57,798 bases of DNA from an uncultured archaeon (GTDB lineage: Archaea > Hadarchaeota > Hadarchaeia > Hadarchaeales > Hadarchaeaceae). The stretch spans positions 1-57,798 of the forward strand of contig CAKZTQ010000045.1 in assembly GCA_937921735.1 (NCBI GenBank), in the 5' to 3' direction. Below the pieces are notes generated by a model that was not told the origin of the DNA, did not search any database, and was given only the letters and a program-made list of their open reading frames with translations. Positions within the stretch are counted from its first letter, which is position 1. The number at the start of each line of letters is the position of its first letter. Both the position numbers and the translations under genes were made by a program. This document shows positions 27,939 to 37,482 of the stretch, one piece after another.

Positions 27939-28304
27939 CTATTTCACCCTGGAAATGAACATTAACGGATAATCGAGCTCTCGCACGTAGCGCATACCCA
28001 CGCGAATCCTCGATTTCCCGTACTTTGCGACCAGCTCGATCGAAAGCATCCTCCCTTCGAGCTCTGGATAAATGTACGGATGTTTCCGCTTGCCCTTTGG
28101 GCATTTGATTTTTACTTTTGCCTCCTCGATAAATGGCTGCGCGAGCGCCGCTTGTTCCATCGCTCGCTCGAGGGCTTTCACGTCATGGATGGCTGCGCCG
28201 ACGAACTGATGATAGAGGGCGCCGAGGGTTATCGCTCCCTCGAATATCGCTCGCTCGCGATCGGTCACGCTTTTGTCGAAGTACTTGCGCGCTGGGTCTT
28301 CCAT
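27939..28304 (-). CDS. mptD: Archaeal dihydroneopterin aldolase
   Basis: Motifs TDRERAIFEGAITLGALYHQFVG, QPFI and LDYPLMFI. Confidence 0.92.
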   Translation of the reverse strand: MEDPARKYFDKSVTDRERAIFEGAITLGALYHQFVGAAIHDVKALERAMEQAALAQPFIEEAKVKIKCPKGKRKHPYIYPELEGRMLSIELVAKYGKSRIRVGMRYVRELDYPLMFISRVK

Positions 28305-28415
28305 CTTCCCCCTCTCACGCTATTCGCACCCCAAAGCTAAATAATCGACGATTTTGGATTCATAGCCCAAATGCTGGGTGATGCGCTGTCAGGGCAAGTG
28401 TCGGCTGCAGGTTGG

Positions 28416-28664
28416 TGACATACGTGTGTCAAAAGCAGCTAAGCGTCGCATGATCGATGACATACGTATGTCATGACACGAGCGCCATCGCCGCGATAGC
28501 TTGTTACCCGAGAACGGATAACCCCCCGTTCGTCGACCTCGGGACCATGATCCCCGGAGTTAGCTAATTCTTCGAGCTTCTAGAGGAAATGGCGCACCAG
28601 CCCCTCCGATGGGGCATGACATACGTGTGTCAAAAGCTCAGCGATCGATGACACACGTATGTCG
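28416..28664. repeat. Four 16-bp palindromes TGACAYACGTRTGTCR in two duplicated pairs
   Basis: Copies at 28416, 28458, 28617 and 28649. An exact 21-bp direct repeat TGACATACGTGTGTCAAAAGC recurs 201 bp apart. Confidence 0.9.
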
Positions 28665-28678
28665 ATGGCAGTTTTCCG

Positions 28679-29407
28679 CTAAATGATCTTTCTGGGCACG
28701 TTCGGGATGTCCTCGCCGCCGCCGGTCAGGTTGACGAGCCTAGCCCCGAGCTCGCCCGCGAGCCACGCAAGGAGCTCCTTGCATATAGCTAGCTTGGCTA
28801 CCTTTCGCGCTAGGTCCTTGTCACCCGAGCGCTTCCCCACTTGCCTGCCGAGGTTCATACCCGCGAGGTAGATCTTAGACGCCCCCAGTTCGTGCGCCAT
28901 AAACGCGGCGCGGTCGCCATCCGTGAAGCCGCCGAAGTTGTAGAGTCTGCCGAATGGCTCGACCTGCGTGGTGCCGATGACTCGCTCTTTCAACGTCGGG
29001 GCGATGTTTCGGACCTGCCCCAAGTTGTCGCCGTGTGCGTGGACAACCAGCCAAGAGCCCAGCCGCCAGGCGCGGAGCTGATCCTGGACTTTCCCGTCGA
29101 GGTCCGTAACGATGACGTCAGGCCTGCGATACTCGATTACCGCCGAGGTAGCGCCGTCCGCTGCTATGAGCACCTTCTCCAGATATCCCGCTTGCTCCAG
29201 CCTGATCAAGTCCTCGTCTAGCGACGGACCGGCGCCGAACACCACGCACTCTTGCCCGCGGAGGATGCTCGCTAATCCGTGGGGGTCGGGGTCGGGTAGG
29301 AGGTCGTCCAGCGCCTTCGCCGCCTCGGCATCGGCGATCGGGTCAAGCCCTAGCCGTTTAACGATGGACTCGTAGCGCGGACGCCAAACCTCCCATCGCA
29401 TGTTCAT
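28679..29407 (-). CDS. mptE: 6-hydroxymethyl-7,8-dihydropterin pyrophosphokinase
   Basis: Motifs GAGPSL, AADGA, VTDLDG, HAHGDN and NFGGFTDGDRA. Confidence 0.93.
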   Translation of the reverse strand: MNMRWEVWRPRYESIVKRLGLDPIADAEAAKALDDLLPDPDPHGLASILRGQECVVFGAGPSLDEDLIRLEQAGYLEKVLIAADGATSAVIEYRRPDVIVTDLDGKVQDQLRAWRLGSWLVVHAHGDNLGQVRNIAPTLKERVIGTTQVEPFGRLYNFGGFTDGDRAAFMAHELGASKIYLAGMNLGRQVGKRSGDKDLARKVAKLAICKELLAWLAGELGARLVNLTGGGEDIPNVPRKII

Positions 29408-29814
29408 CCCCATTTAACTGCGTCCACGATCTTGAGCGGGATCTCCCTTCCTCGATGGTCATAGGCACGCCAAGAGCTCCGGTCGTATGGGTAAGCGATG
29501 ATCACATGAACGCGCCCGAACTTAGCGAATAATACTAGGTCCTCCGGCGATGGCTGTAGATCGGGCGAAGGGTGGCTGTGAACGGTGCCGCACGCGCTCC
29601 GATCGATGGGCAACATGTGGAGCTCCAACAAGGCCGAACGACCCGATGAGCGAGTCCCCGGGAGTACCAGTACCTCGCGGATCAAACCCCGTTCAGCCCT
29701 TAGGATCCCCGCGAACTCGTTGGGGTGGCTCTTGCGCGAGACCTCGAGCATGAAGATGAGGGCTTCTCGTTCGATGCCGAATATTTCCTCCACCGTTGTC
29801 GCCTCGATCTCCAC
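29404..29814 (-). CDS. JAB1/MPN+ (JAMM) metalloprotease
   Basis: PNEFAG plus the JAMM motif HSHPSPDLQPSPED. Confidence 0.92.
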   Translation of the reverse strand: MEIEATTVEEIFGIEREALIFMLEVSRKSHPNEFAGILRAERGLIREVLVLPGTRSSGRSALLELHMLPIDRSACGTVHSHPSPDLQPSPEDLVLFAKFGRVHVIIAYPYDRSSWRAYDHRGREIPLKIVDAVKWG

Positions 29815-29858
29815 TCGTTCCGTTTCTCATTTAGCGATGCCGGTTCTCGAATAGTAAA

Positions 29859-29895
29859 GTTTCAGTAGGTGGCCTCGTAAAGTGAGGATTGAAAG
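29859..29895 (+). CRISPR. Solitary CRISPR repeat (37 bp)
   Basis: GTTTCAGTAGGTGGCCTCGTAAAGTGAGGATTGAAAG differs by one G from the array repeats. No second repeat nearby. Confidence 0.95.
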
Positions 29896-30930
29896 TCACC
29901 GCTGAGGTTCTATAATTACCTTTAGGCAATTCTCACCGCTGGCCGCGAGCTCAAACGCCCGTTGGGACTCCGACAGCCCAAACCTGTGGGTGATCATGCC
30001 CTCCACGTCCAACTCTCGCCTCGTTAAAAGCGCAAGCGCTTCCTCTAGGTCGTTGGGCGCCGCGCCGTAGGAGGTCCTAATCGTGATCTCGTTCCTCCAA
30101 AAGTCCACGAGCGGTAGGGCAACTTCTTGCCCGGGTGGGGGGACAGCGAAGAACAGGATGGTACCCCCTCTGTCCACCGAGCGAAGGGCCTGTTCGGCTG
30201 CAGCCCTTGCTCCAGCGCAGACTATAACCTTGTCCGCGGGCCTTCCGTCGTTGAGCTCCTTTATCCTGCTCGGCACGTCCTCGTCCGCATGTATTGCTTC
30301 GTCGGCCCCAAATCTCCTCGCGGCCCTCAGCCTGTACTCGCTCAGATCGGTCGCCACTATCAGCCCCGCTCGACGGAGCCTTGCGAGTTGGACGTGCAGC
30401 AGCCCTGCCACGCCGCTGCCCAACACTAGGATGGCATCTCCCTCTCTCACGTCGGCGATCCTCTGGCCACGCAGGGCACATGCTAGGGGCTCCACGAAGG
30501 TTCCGACTTCGAAGGATATCTCGGGCGGTAGGAGGTAAACGCCGCGCTCGACGTTTATCCTAGGTACGCGGACGAACTCGGAGAACCCTCCCGGATAGTA
30601 ATTGGTGGTGTGTAGGGTCTCGCACGCGGTGTGATGGCCGGAGAGGCAATATCTACACTCGCCGCAGGGGACGTGATGCGAGACGAAAATCCTGTCCCCG
30701 ACCTTGTAGCGCGTTACACCCTCCCCGACCTCTTCCACTAGGCCGGTAGCCTCGTGGCCGAGAACTCTGGGCGCGGTCTTGAGCCTATACCACTCGAGGA
30801 GATCGCTGCCGCAGATGCCGCAGGCCATCACCTTCATCAACAGCTCGCCCGGCCCCACCTTAGGTCTAGGTAGCTCCTCCAACCTCACGTCCCGATTGCT
30901 GTAGTACATCGCGACTCGCAAGGCATACAC
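29896..30930 (-). CDS. Zinc-dependent alcohol/polyol dehydrogenase (MDR)
   Basis: Motifs CGICGSD, GHE, CGECRYC...C, EPLAC and GSGVAG. Confidence 0.93.
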   Translation of the reverse strand: MYALRVAMYYSNRDVRLEELPRPKVGPGELLMKVMACGICGSDLLEWYRLKTAPRVLGHEATGLVEEVGEGVTRYKVGDRIFVSHHVPCGECRYCLSGHHTACETLHTTNYYPGGFSEFVRVPRINVERGVYLLPPEISFEVGTFVEPLACALRGQRIADVREGDAILVLGSGVAGLLHVQLARLRRAGLIVATDLSEYRLRAARRFGADEAIHADEDVPSRIKELNDGRPADKVIVCAGARAAAEQALRSVDRGGTILFFAVPPPGQEVALPLVDFWRNEITIRTSYGAAPNDLEEALALLTRRELDVEGMITHRFGLSESQRAFELAASGENCLKVIIEPQR

Positions 30931-30951
30931 CGGGAAGGGGAGGGAATGATC

Positions 30952-31758
30952 CTATTTTCCCGTTCCACTGCTTTTTATCTCCTCGAATAGCTCGAGTGCC
31001 TCCTTGGGGGTGGCGTCCTCGTGGATGATCGCGCGTATCGCCCTAGCCATCGCCACCGGATAATCGTGCTGCCAGATGTTGCGTCCGAGGTTTACCCCTA
31101 TTGCTCCCTTTTGCAGCGCATCGTAAACCCAACTGAAGACCTCCAGCTCGCTGTCCACCTTGGGTCCGCCGGCTATGACTATCGGCACCGGGCATCCACG
31201 TACGACCTTTTCGAAGCCCTCCTCGCAGTAGTAGGTCTTCACCACCCTGGCCCCAAGCTCAGCGGCTATCCTGCAAGCGAGGGCGAGATACCTCGCGTCC
31301 CGCTTCTCGAGCTCGGCGCCGACGGCCGTCACCGCCATCACGGGAATGCCGTATTCCTCGCACTCGTTCACGAGGTTCGAAAGGTTGAGCAACGTCCGAT
31401 GCTCGTTGGGGGCGCCCACGAAGATCGACATCGAGACGGCGCAAGCGTTCAACCTTATCGCCTCCTTGACGGACGTGGTGATCCCTTCTTGGTCCAGCTC
31501 GTCCCTCCTGGCCATGCTAGTGCCACCTGAGACGCGGAGGATGATCGGTTTGGTGTTGGCCGGGTCGATGCAGGAGCGAAGGATCCCCCTCGTGAGCATT
31601 ATGGCGTCGACGTATGGCAGCAGGGGCGCCACGGTCTTTCCGGGTTCCTCGAGCCTTGTGGTGGGGCCTTGGAAATACCCGTGGTCTATGGGCAAGAACA
31701 TCGCCCTGCCATCGCGCTGGATCAATTGGGCGAGCCTATTCCTCATCCCCCAATCCAT
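30952..31758 (-). CDS. lsrF: LsrF-like class I aldolase/thiolase
   Basis: Motifs MDWGMRNRL, DHGYFQGPT, RIAAELGA, VKTYYC and IAGGPK. Confidence 0.85.
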   Translation of the reverse strand: MDWGMRNRLAQLIQRDGRAMFLPIDHGYFQGPTTRLEEPGKTVAPLLPYVDAIMLTRGILRSCIDPANTKPIILRVSGGTSMARRDELDQEGITTSVKEAIRLNACAVSMSIFVGAPNEHRTLLNLSNLVNECEEYGIPVMAVTAVGAELEKRDARYLALACRIAAELGARVVKTYYCEEGFEKVVRGCPVPIVIAGGPKVDSELEVFSWVYDALQKGAIGVNLGRNIWQHDYPVAMARAIRAIIHEDATPKEALELFEEIKSSGTGK

Positions 31759-31767
31759 CCGATCCCC

Positions 31768-31980
31768 TCACCCCTTTGGCTTGACGATTAAATATCCTTT
31801 GTCGATGAGCCAGTAGTGGAATTCCCTGGCGGTGTGCAGGCATCCGACCTTACATATTTCCCTCGTCCTCTCGTAGTCCTCGGAGCCCTTCTCCTTCGCA
31901 TCTAGGAGGAGTTGCACGGGGCATCTCACATCCCTGCAGAACTCTCTCGCTTGGTATTCCACGAAGCCGGGGATCGACAC
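31768..31980 (-). CDS. Small hypothetical protein, possibly metal-binding
   Basis: FCRDVRCP...ICKVGCLHT...FHYWL; ends 9 nt before lsrF. Confidence 0.65.
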   Translation of the reverse strand: MSIPGFVEYQAREFCRDVRCPVQLLLDAKEKGSEDYERTREICKVGCLHTAREFHYWLIDKGYLIVKPKG

Positions 31981-32047
31981 GGTCGCACCGATGTTTGTAA
32001 TTTCGGAGCGAATATAAAACTTGGTCGAGCGCGCTCGGTTAGCCGCA

Positions 32048-33055
32048 CTATCCCTCGCGGAGGCTGGCCCTGATCTCCTCGACCGCCTTCACCATAGCTT
32101 GAAGCTTGCCTATGGCCTCCTCCCGGGTTCTCGTCTTGAGCCCGCAGTCCGGGTCTATCCATAGCTGCTCTGGGCTCAGGACCTCGAGGGCGCGCCTTAT
32201 CCTCTTCTTGATGAGGTCAACGCTCTCGATGACATGTGAGTGGACGTCCACGACGCCAAACGAGATATCCTTGGTGAAGGGATGCCTCCTGAAAAGTTCG
32301 ACGAGGTCAAGCTCGCTATTCGACATCTCTAGGTCGAAGTTGTCCACGGGTAACTCGAGCATTTGGGGGTAGATGAACTCGAAGGCCCCATAACACACGT
32401 GCGCGATGAAGTATGCGTCAACGCCTCGCGTGACGATTTCGAGCGCGTCGACGACGAACTCCTCAAGCTCCTCTGGCCTCGTCGAGAGTGCCGGCTCATC
32501 TATTTGGATTATCTTCGCGCCCGCTTCCGCGAGTGCCCTCACCTCCTGATGCAGCGCTTTGGCTAAGTCCAGGCAAGCGTCCTTCCTGCTGGAGTAATAC
32601 TCGTTGAACGACCAGTCCATCATGGTATAGGGTCCTGTGATCATCCCCTTGATCGGCTTCTTGGTAAGCGCTTGGGCGAACTTCCACCAATCGACCGTTA
32701 TAGGCCCTCGCCAGCGGACCTCGCCAACGATGATGGGTTTTCGGTAATAGCGATTGCCGTATGAGCGAACGAGCCCGCTTATCTTAAAGCCCTCTAAGTT
32801 CTCGGCGAAATAGGTGGCCATATCCCCTCGATACATCTCGCCGTCCACGAGGACATCGAGCCCGATCTCCTCCTGCAGCGCTATCCACTCCTTGGTCGCT
32901 CGCTCCTCCATTTCCCTGAGATCTTTTGGTTTGAGCCTTCCAGCGAGCATCATCCTCCTCGCTTCCACCAACTGCTCGGGTTTGGGGTAGCTGCCCACGG
33001 CAGTGGTGGGCAACAAGGGAAGGTCCAGTCCGAGCTTGCGTAGTTTTTCCCTCAT
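32048..33055 (-). CDS. Cobalamin-independent methionine synthase, catalytic (C-terminal MetE-like) subunit
   Basis: Motifs TAVGSYPKP, DGEMYR, QIDEPA, HVCYG and DPDCGLKT. Confidence 0.92.
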   Translation of the reverse strand: MREKLRKLGLDLPLLPTTAVGSYPKPEQLVEARRMMLAGRLKPKDLREMEERATKEWIALQEEIGLDVLVDGEMYRGDMATYFAENLEGFKISGLVRSYGNRYYRKPIIVGEVRWRGPITVDWWKFAQALTKKPIKGMITGPYTMMDWSFNEYYSSRKDACLDLAKALHQEVRALAEAGAKIIQIDEPALSTRPEELEEFVVDALEIVTRGVDAYFIAHVCYGAFEFIYPQMLELPVDNFDLEMSNSELDLVELFRRHPFTKDISFGVVDVHSHVIESVDLIKKRIRRALEVLSPEQLWIDPDCGLKTRTREEAIGKLQAMVKAVEEIRASLREG

Positions 33056-34035
33056 CCCAGCACCTCCCTCGCCTTGTTAGCGATTGCCACGAGATTCTTG
33101 AGCTTCGCGAACGCTGTCTCGCGCGGCAAGTGCTCGAGCCCGCACGATGGGTTGAGATAGACCGGCCGGCCTTCCACATGGGGGATGATCCGTTCGAGGG
33201 TGGGCAGGACCTCGGCTTCCTTTTCCATTCTCGTGTTCCTACCGTCGATAAGCCCAAGCCCAAGTCCCTTGCTCGAGCCCTTTTCCTCGATGATGTCGAC
33301 CAAATTGCCGCTGTAGGTGAAATCGAGGCCGATGATGTCCACGGGGAGCTCTTGGAGTTTCTCGTATATCCCCGCGGCGTCGCCGAAATAGGTGTAGAGG
33401 GCTAGACTAGCGCTCTTGAAGTGTTCGCGCATTTCCTCGATCGCGTTCCGGAGTAGCTCGAGATCTTGAGGGTTTTTAAGGATGGCCGGTTCGTCCACTT
33501 GAACGATTTCAGCGCCCACTTTTTCCAGTTCACCTATCTCTCGTCCGATGGCGTTCGCTAGGTCTAGGACCAGCCCTTCGATGTCCGAGTAATGTCTGTT
33601 GATGGAAGATCTCGCGATAGTGTAAGGCCCTGTCACCACGGGTTTAACCGGGACGGGCGAGACCCCTTTGGCAAAGGAGAACTCTTCGACCAAGATGGGC
33701 CCAATCCAGCGCACCTCGCCCTCGACCACCGGCTGTCTAAAGTAGAAGTTGGTGTCGAAAAACCTCAGTAGTCCATCTATCTCGAAGCCCTTCAGCCTGC
33801 GGGCGATGTGGGAAATAGGATCATACCACCGCACTTGCCCATCCGTGACCAAATCCAAACCAGCTCGCACCTGTTCTTGGATGACCTCCTTCGTCACCTC
33901 GTCCTGTACCCGCATGAACTCCTCATCCGATATTTCCCCTTTCTCCCACCTCGCGTAGGCTTGGCGATGTTTTTGCTGCTCGGGCTTATCCCCTATGCGC
34001 GGGTAGCTTCCCGTGTTCGCCGTCAGCAACTCCAT
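33052..34035 (-). CDS. MetE N-terminal-like subunit (split MetE)
   Basis: Motifs GSYPRIG, DGQVRW, RFFDTNFYFRQP, TYFG and PSCGLEHLP. Lacks the HxC Zn motif and overlaps the catalytic half (ATGA). Confidence 0.88.
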   Translation of the reverse strand: MELLTANTGSYPRIGDKPEQQKHRQAYARWEKGEISDEEFMRVQDEVTKEVIQEQVRAGLDLVTDGQVRWYDPISHIARRLKGFEIDGLLRFFDTNFYFRQPVVEGEVRWIGPILVEEFSFAKGVSPVPVKPVVTGPYTIARSSINRHYSDIEGLVLDLANAIGREIGELEKVGAEIVQVDEPAILKNPQDLELLRNAIEEMREHFKSASLALYTYFGDAAGIYEKLQELPVDIIGLDFTYSGNLVDIIEEKGSSKGLGLGLIDGRNTRMEKEAEVLPTLERIIPHVEGRPVYLNPSCGLEHLPRETAFAKLKNLVAIANKAREVLG

Positions 34036-34132
34036 CCTGTCACCAAGGCGAGATGGAAGCCAAGCGATATAACTTTTAAGTAGGTGCCAGCCGAAAACTC
34101 GCCGAGAGGGCATCGTCCCCGTTTTCAACGCA

Positions 34133-35803
34133 TTACCCGTGGCTTTTCACCTGTTTCCTAAAGATCTCCCTTACCCTTTGAATGGTATCCGCGTCTTCTG
34201 GCCCCTTGTCGTCCCGGATCCTTGTTATCCTGGCGAACCTCAGCGCCATCCCACACTTGTACTTCGGGCTCCGCTGGATCTCGTTATAAGCCACCTCGAC
34301 GACCACTTTTGGTGTGACCAATACGCGCCGACCCTCCCGTTTGATCGTCAGCTCCTTTAATCGCTCGGTCATCTCCGCGATTTCCTTATCGGTCAGACCC
34401 TTGAAGGTCTTCCCGACGACGAGAAACTCGCCCGTTGCCTCGTCTCGAGCCGCGAGGTAGTAATCGGAAAGCCACCTGTGTCGCTTTCCGTACCCATACT
34501 CGGCCGCGACGATGACGAGGTCCAGCGGCTCGAGCACGGGTTTTATCTTCAACCAGAGCTTCCCCCTCGCGCCGGGGGTGTAGGTGCTATCCAACTTTTT
34601 TGCCACCAGTCCTTCATGTCCCGCTCGAAGGGATTCCTCGAGGAACCCCCTCGCCTCGCTCGCGTCGTCGGTTATGAGTTGCTCCACCACCGAGATTTCG
34701 CCGGCCAGCTCGCAGAGCTTTTTCCTCCGGTCTAGGTAGCGGAAATCGATCAAGCTGTGGCCATCGTAATACAAAACGTCGAACAGGGTCAAGCTCACCG
34801 GTATCTCCCGCATCATCGCCTCGATGTCTCGTTCCCTCCGAAATCTTTGCATCAGGTACTGAAACGGGAGCGGCACGTTGCCCTTGCCCAACGCTACGAC
34901 CTCGCCCTCTAAGATCACCTGCTCAGCCTTAACTTCCTCCTTCACCGCGTCAACGACCTCCGGCAAACCCTCGGTCACATCGCTAAGCCTGCGGCTGAAC
35001 ACCTTGACCTCATCTCCCCGCTTGTGGACCTGCACGCGGGCACCGTCTAGCTTATATTCGAAGGCCGTGCTACCACCGTGGAGCGCGATGGCCTCTTCCA
35101 CCGAGCAGATGTTTTGGGCAAGCATGGGCTGAGTGGGCCTGAAGATCTCAGGGCCAATCGCTAGCACCCCCTTCTCGCCCTCTGTGGCCGCGACTTTAGC
35201 CACGTCGACGATCTCACCGCAGAACATGGTTGCCCTTTTGATCGCCTCCGGGCGCACGCCGAATGCCCTAGAGACGGCAAGCTCCATGAGGCCCTCCCGA
35301 AATCCCGTGCGCATCTCGCCGATGATTATTTTGATCAGATATTTCGCCTCAAGAGGCGTGGCCCTGCTGAGCAGGCCCTCCAGTATGGCCTCCTTCCTTT
35401 CCCTTGCTCCCTCCCCCTTGACCGCCGCGATCCTATTGAAAATTCTAATCACCTCGTCCAACGTCAGCGGTGCCTCGATCAACGTGGCCTGCCTTTTCGG
35501 CTTCGAGGCGAATACCATCTCCGCGGCATCGCCTAGATCCCCCGTCGCGTCGAATGCTCTCTCCAGCTCCTCCCGCTCGGAGCCAACCGCTCGCAGCACG
35601 ACGTCGGACAACGTGGCCCAGCTGATGTCCAAGTTCTTGGCGCTCCAGCGAGGGAAGGGGCGGCCCGATATCATCAACACCGCTGGCTCGACCTCGCTTG
35701 GGCGAAGCTCGCGGAGGAAATTTGCTACGAGGTCCACCATTTTACTCCTTTCCCTCGTCCTGCTCAGTAGTTCACATAGTTCTGCCAACCTGCGAAACTC
35801 CAC
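34133..35803 (-). CDS. lig: ATP-dependent DNA ligase
   Basis: Motifs PMLAQ, EYKLDGARVQ, EGLVAK, WLKIK and ALRFARI. Confidence 0.97.
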   Translation of the reverse strand: MEFRRLAELCELLSRTRERSKMVDLVANFLRELRPSEVEPAVLMISGRPFPRWSAKNLDISWATLSDVVLRAVGSEREELERAFDATGDLGDAAEMVFASKPKRQATLIEAPLTLDEVIRIFNRIAAVKGEGARERKEAILEGLLSRATPLEAKYLIKIIIGEMRTGFREGLMELAVSRAFGVRPEAIKRATMFCGEIVDVAKVAATEGEKGVLAIGPEIFRPTQPMLAQNICSVEEAIALHGGSTAFEYKLDGARVQVHKRGDEVKVFSRRLSDVTEGLPEVVDAVKEEVKAEQVILEGEVVALGKGNVPLPFQYLMQRFRRERDIEAMMREIPVSLTLFDVLYYDGHSLIDFRYLDRRKKLCELAGEISVVEQLITDDASEARGFLEESLRAGHEGLVAKKLDSTYTPGARGKLWLKIKPVLEPLDLVIVAAEYGYGKRHRWLSDYYLAARDEATGEFLVVGKTFKGLTDKEIAEMTERLKELTIKREGRRVLVTPKVVVEVAYNEIQRSPKYKCGMALRFARITRIRDDKGPEDADTIQRVREIFRKQVKSHG

Positions 35804-35880
35804 AGTTAAACCCCATATCTTGTTCAAGCGCGCGGCATAAGTCTTTAAAGATGCCTGCGCAATTTACTCCGGTAGCGAGA

Positions 35881-36483
35881 ATGGTTGAGAGGTTCTCCCC
35901 TCATCCAAACATGAAGAAGGTTTATTATACCTACTTGGCGATCGTGATGGTTCCTCTCCTCCTAGGAGGCATCGGGGTAACGCTCGCGGTGTACGTTCAC
36001 TCCCGCCCCTTCGTCTGGGTGCCGATCTTGGTCTGGATCGTCCCCTGCCTAGTCGCCATTTGTTTTACCGTCTATTGGATATCGAAGTATTACAGCTCGA
36101 TTTCCTATTCCCTGACCGACGATGAGGTCATCGTTGAGCGAGGGGTTTGGTGGAAACCCAAGCACGTCGTCCCGTATTCCCGAGTGATGTCGGTTGACGT
36201 GGTTCAAGGGCCAATATCCAGGCATTTCGGCGTCGGTACCATCGACGTGTTTACAGCTGGCTATACGGGCATGGGTGGCACCGCTGGGCCCGGCACTAGG
36301 AGGGCCGAGGCCTCGATCCTCTGCGTGCCGAACTTCTTAGAGCTGAGGGACAAGATACTAAGCTTCGTTAGGCACAGGCCACTTTTCGGGCCTCCCGCAA
36401 AGCCCGGCGATGTCAGTACGGAAATACTGAACGAGCTAAAACAGATCAGGGCGATTTTACAGAAACAAACGCGTGGCAGATGA
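35881..36483 (+). CDS. Membrane protein with bacterial PH domain (bPH_2/YdbS-like)
   Basis: Two TM helices, then YSLTDDEVIVERGVWW...VPYSRV...QGPISRHFGVG. Confidence 0.85.
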   Translation: MVERFSPHPNMKKVYYTYLAIVMVPLLLGGIGVTLAVYVHSRPFVWVPILVWIVPCLVAICFTVYWISKYYSSISYSLTDDEVIVERGVWWKPKHVVPYSRVMSVDVVQGPISRHFGVGTIDVFTAGYTGMGGTAGPGTRRAEASILCVPNFLELRDKILSFVRHRPLFGPPAKPGDVSTEILNELKQIRAILQKQTRGR

Positions 36484-36546
36484 GACCGAGGCTATCGGAA
36501 AACCAAAGGGTTTTACGGAGGTCCATGAACTTGAGGTAGGGAGAAG

Positions 36547-37482
36547 ATGGGCAAGGGCATAGGTTTCGGCAAGGTGATCCTCTTCAACGAACATTTCGTG
36601 GTCTACGGCGTGCCCTCCATCGTCTCAGCCATAGACAAGGCCACGGTTGCGGTCGTGGAGCGCTTCGACGGCGAGGGTTGGGCGCTGGAGGACGAGAGGC
36701 CCGCGACCCCAGGCTACAAGGAGGAGAAGCTCGAGCAGCAAAGGGAGTCCATCGAGAGGATCCTGAAAGCGGCTGGCCTTGACGCGACCAAAAATCCCAT
36801 CAAGATATGGTTCGGCGGCGACCTGGTGGCGGCAAGCGGGATAGGTGCTAGCGCTGCCTCCTGCGTGGCCCTCGCGCGCGCCCTCTCCGATGAGTTTGGG
36901 CTGCAGCTGTCCGACGAGCGTATAAATGAGCTGGCCTACGAAGGCGAAAAGGCCTACCATGGAACCCCCTCCGGCGTCGACAACACCGCCGCCACCTACG
37001 GCGGTCTTATATGGTTCGTCAAAGGCCAGCCTCCCCTTTTCGAGCGTATCGAGCTCAAGGAGCCAGTGGAGGTGGTGATGGGCAACACCGGCATCGTCGC
37101 CGACACGGCTGCGGCGGTGGCCGGGGTTAGGGAGAGAAAGGAGAAACATCCGGAGAAGTATGCCAAGTTGTTCAAGGAGGCGGAGGAACTGGCGTACAAG
37201 GCGAGAAAAGCGTTGGAGGACTTCAACTTGAAGGCCGTGGGTGAACTCATGGATGAAAACCACGAACAGTTACGGGCGATAGGCGTCTCCTGTGAGGAGC
37301 TAGACCGTCTAGTGGAGCTCGCTAGGGACCACGGTGCCTTCGGGGCAAAGCTAACGGGGGGCGGTTTGGGGGGCTACATGGTGGCGCTTACCCCGGGCAA
37401 GGAACTTCAGGAGGAGGTCGCGAGGGCGATCGAGCGCGAGGGCTTCGAGGCCCTGAGGACGAGGATAGGGGTGAGGCCTTGA
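36547..37482 (+). CDS. mvk: Mevalonate kinase
   Basis: Motifs GKVILFNEHFVVYG, GIGASAA, HGTPSGVD and AKLTGGGLGG. Confidence 0.93.
   Translation: MGKGIGFGKVILFNEHFVVYGVPSIVSAIDKATVAVVERFDGEGWALEDERPATPGYKEEKLEQQRESIERILKAAGLDATKNPIKIWFGGDLVAASGIGASAASCVALARALSDEFGLQLSDERINELAYEGEKAYHGTPSGVDNTAATYGGLIWFVKGQPPLFERIELKEPVEVVMGNTGIVADTAAAVAGVRERKEKHPEKYAKLFKEAEELAYKARKALEDFNLKAVGELMDENHEQLRAIGVSCEELDRLVELARDHGAFGAKLTGGGLGGYMVALTPGKELQEEVARAIEREGFEALRTRIGVRP

Noticed and set aside
28578-28592. TTCTAGAGGAAAT as an ORB element
   Set aside because: Single weak match without a G-string, AT-rich unwinding element or adjacent cdc6.
36625-37263. Long antisense or alternate-frame ORFs here and throughout (e.g. 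8848-9465, 43107-43748, 45432-46079)
   Set aside because: Shadows of real genes caused by GC-rich codon bias; no motifs.
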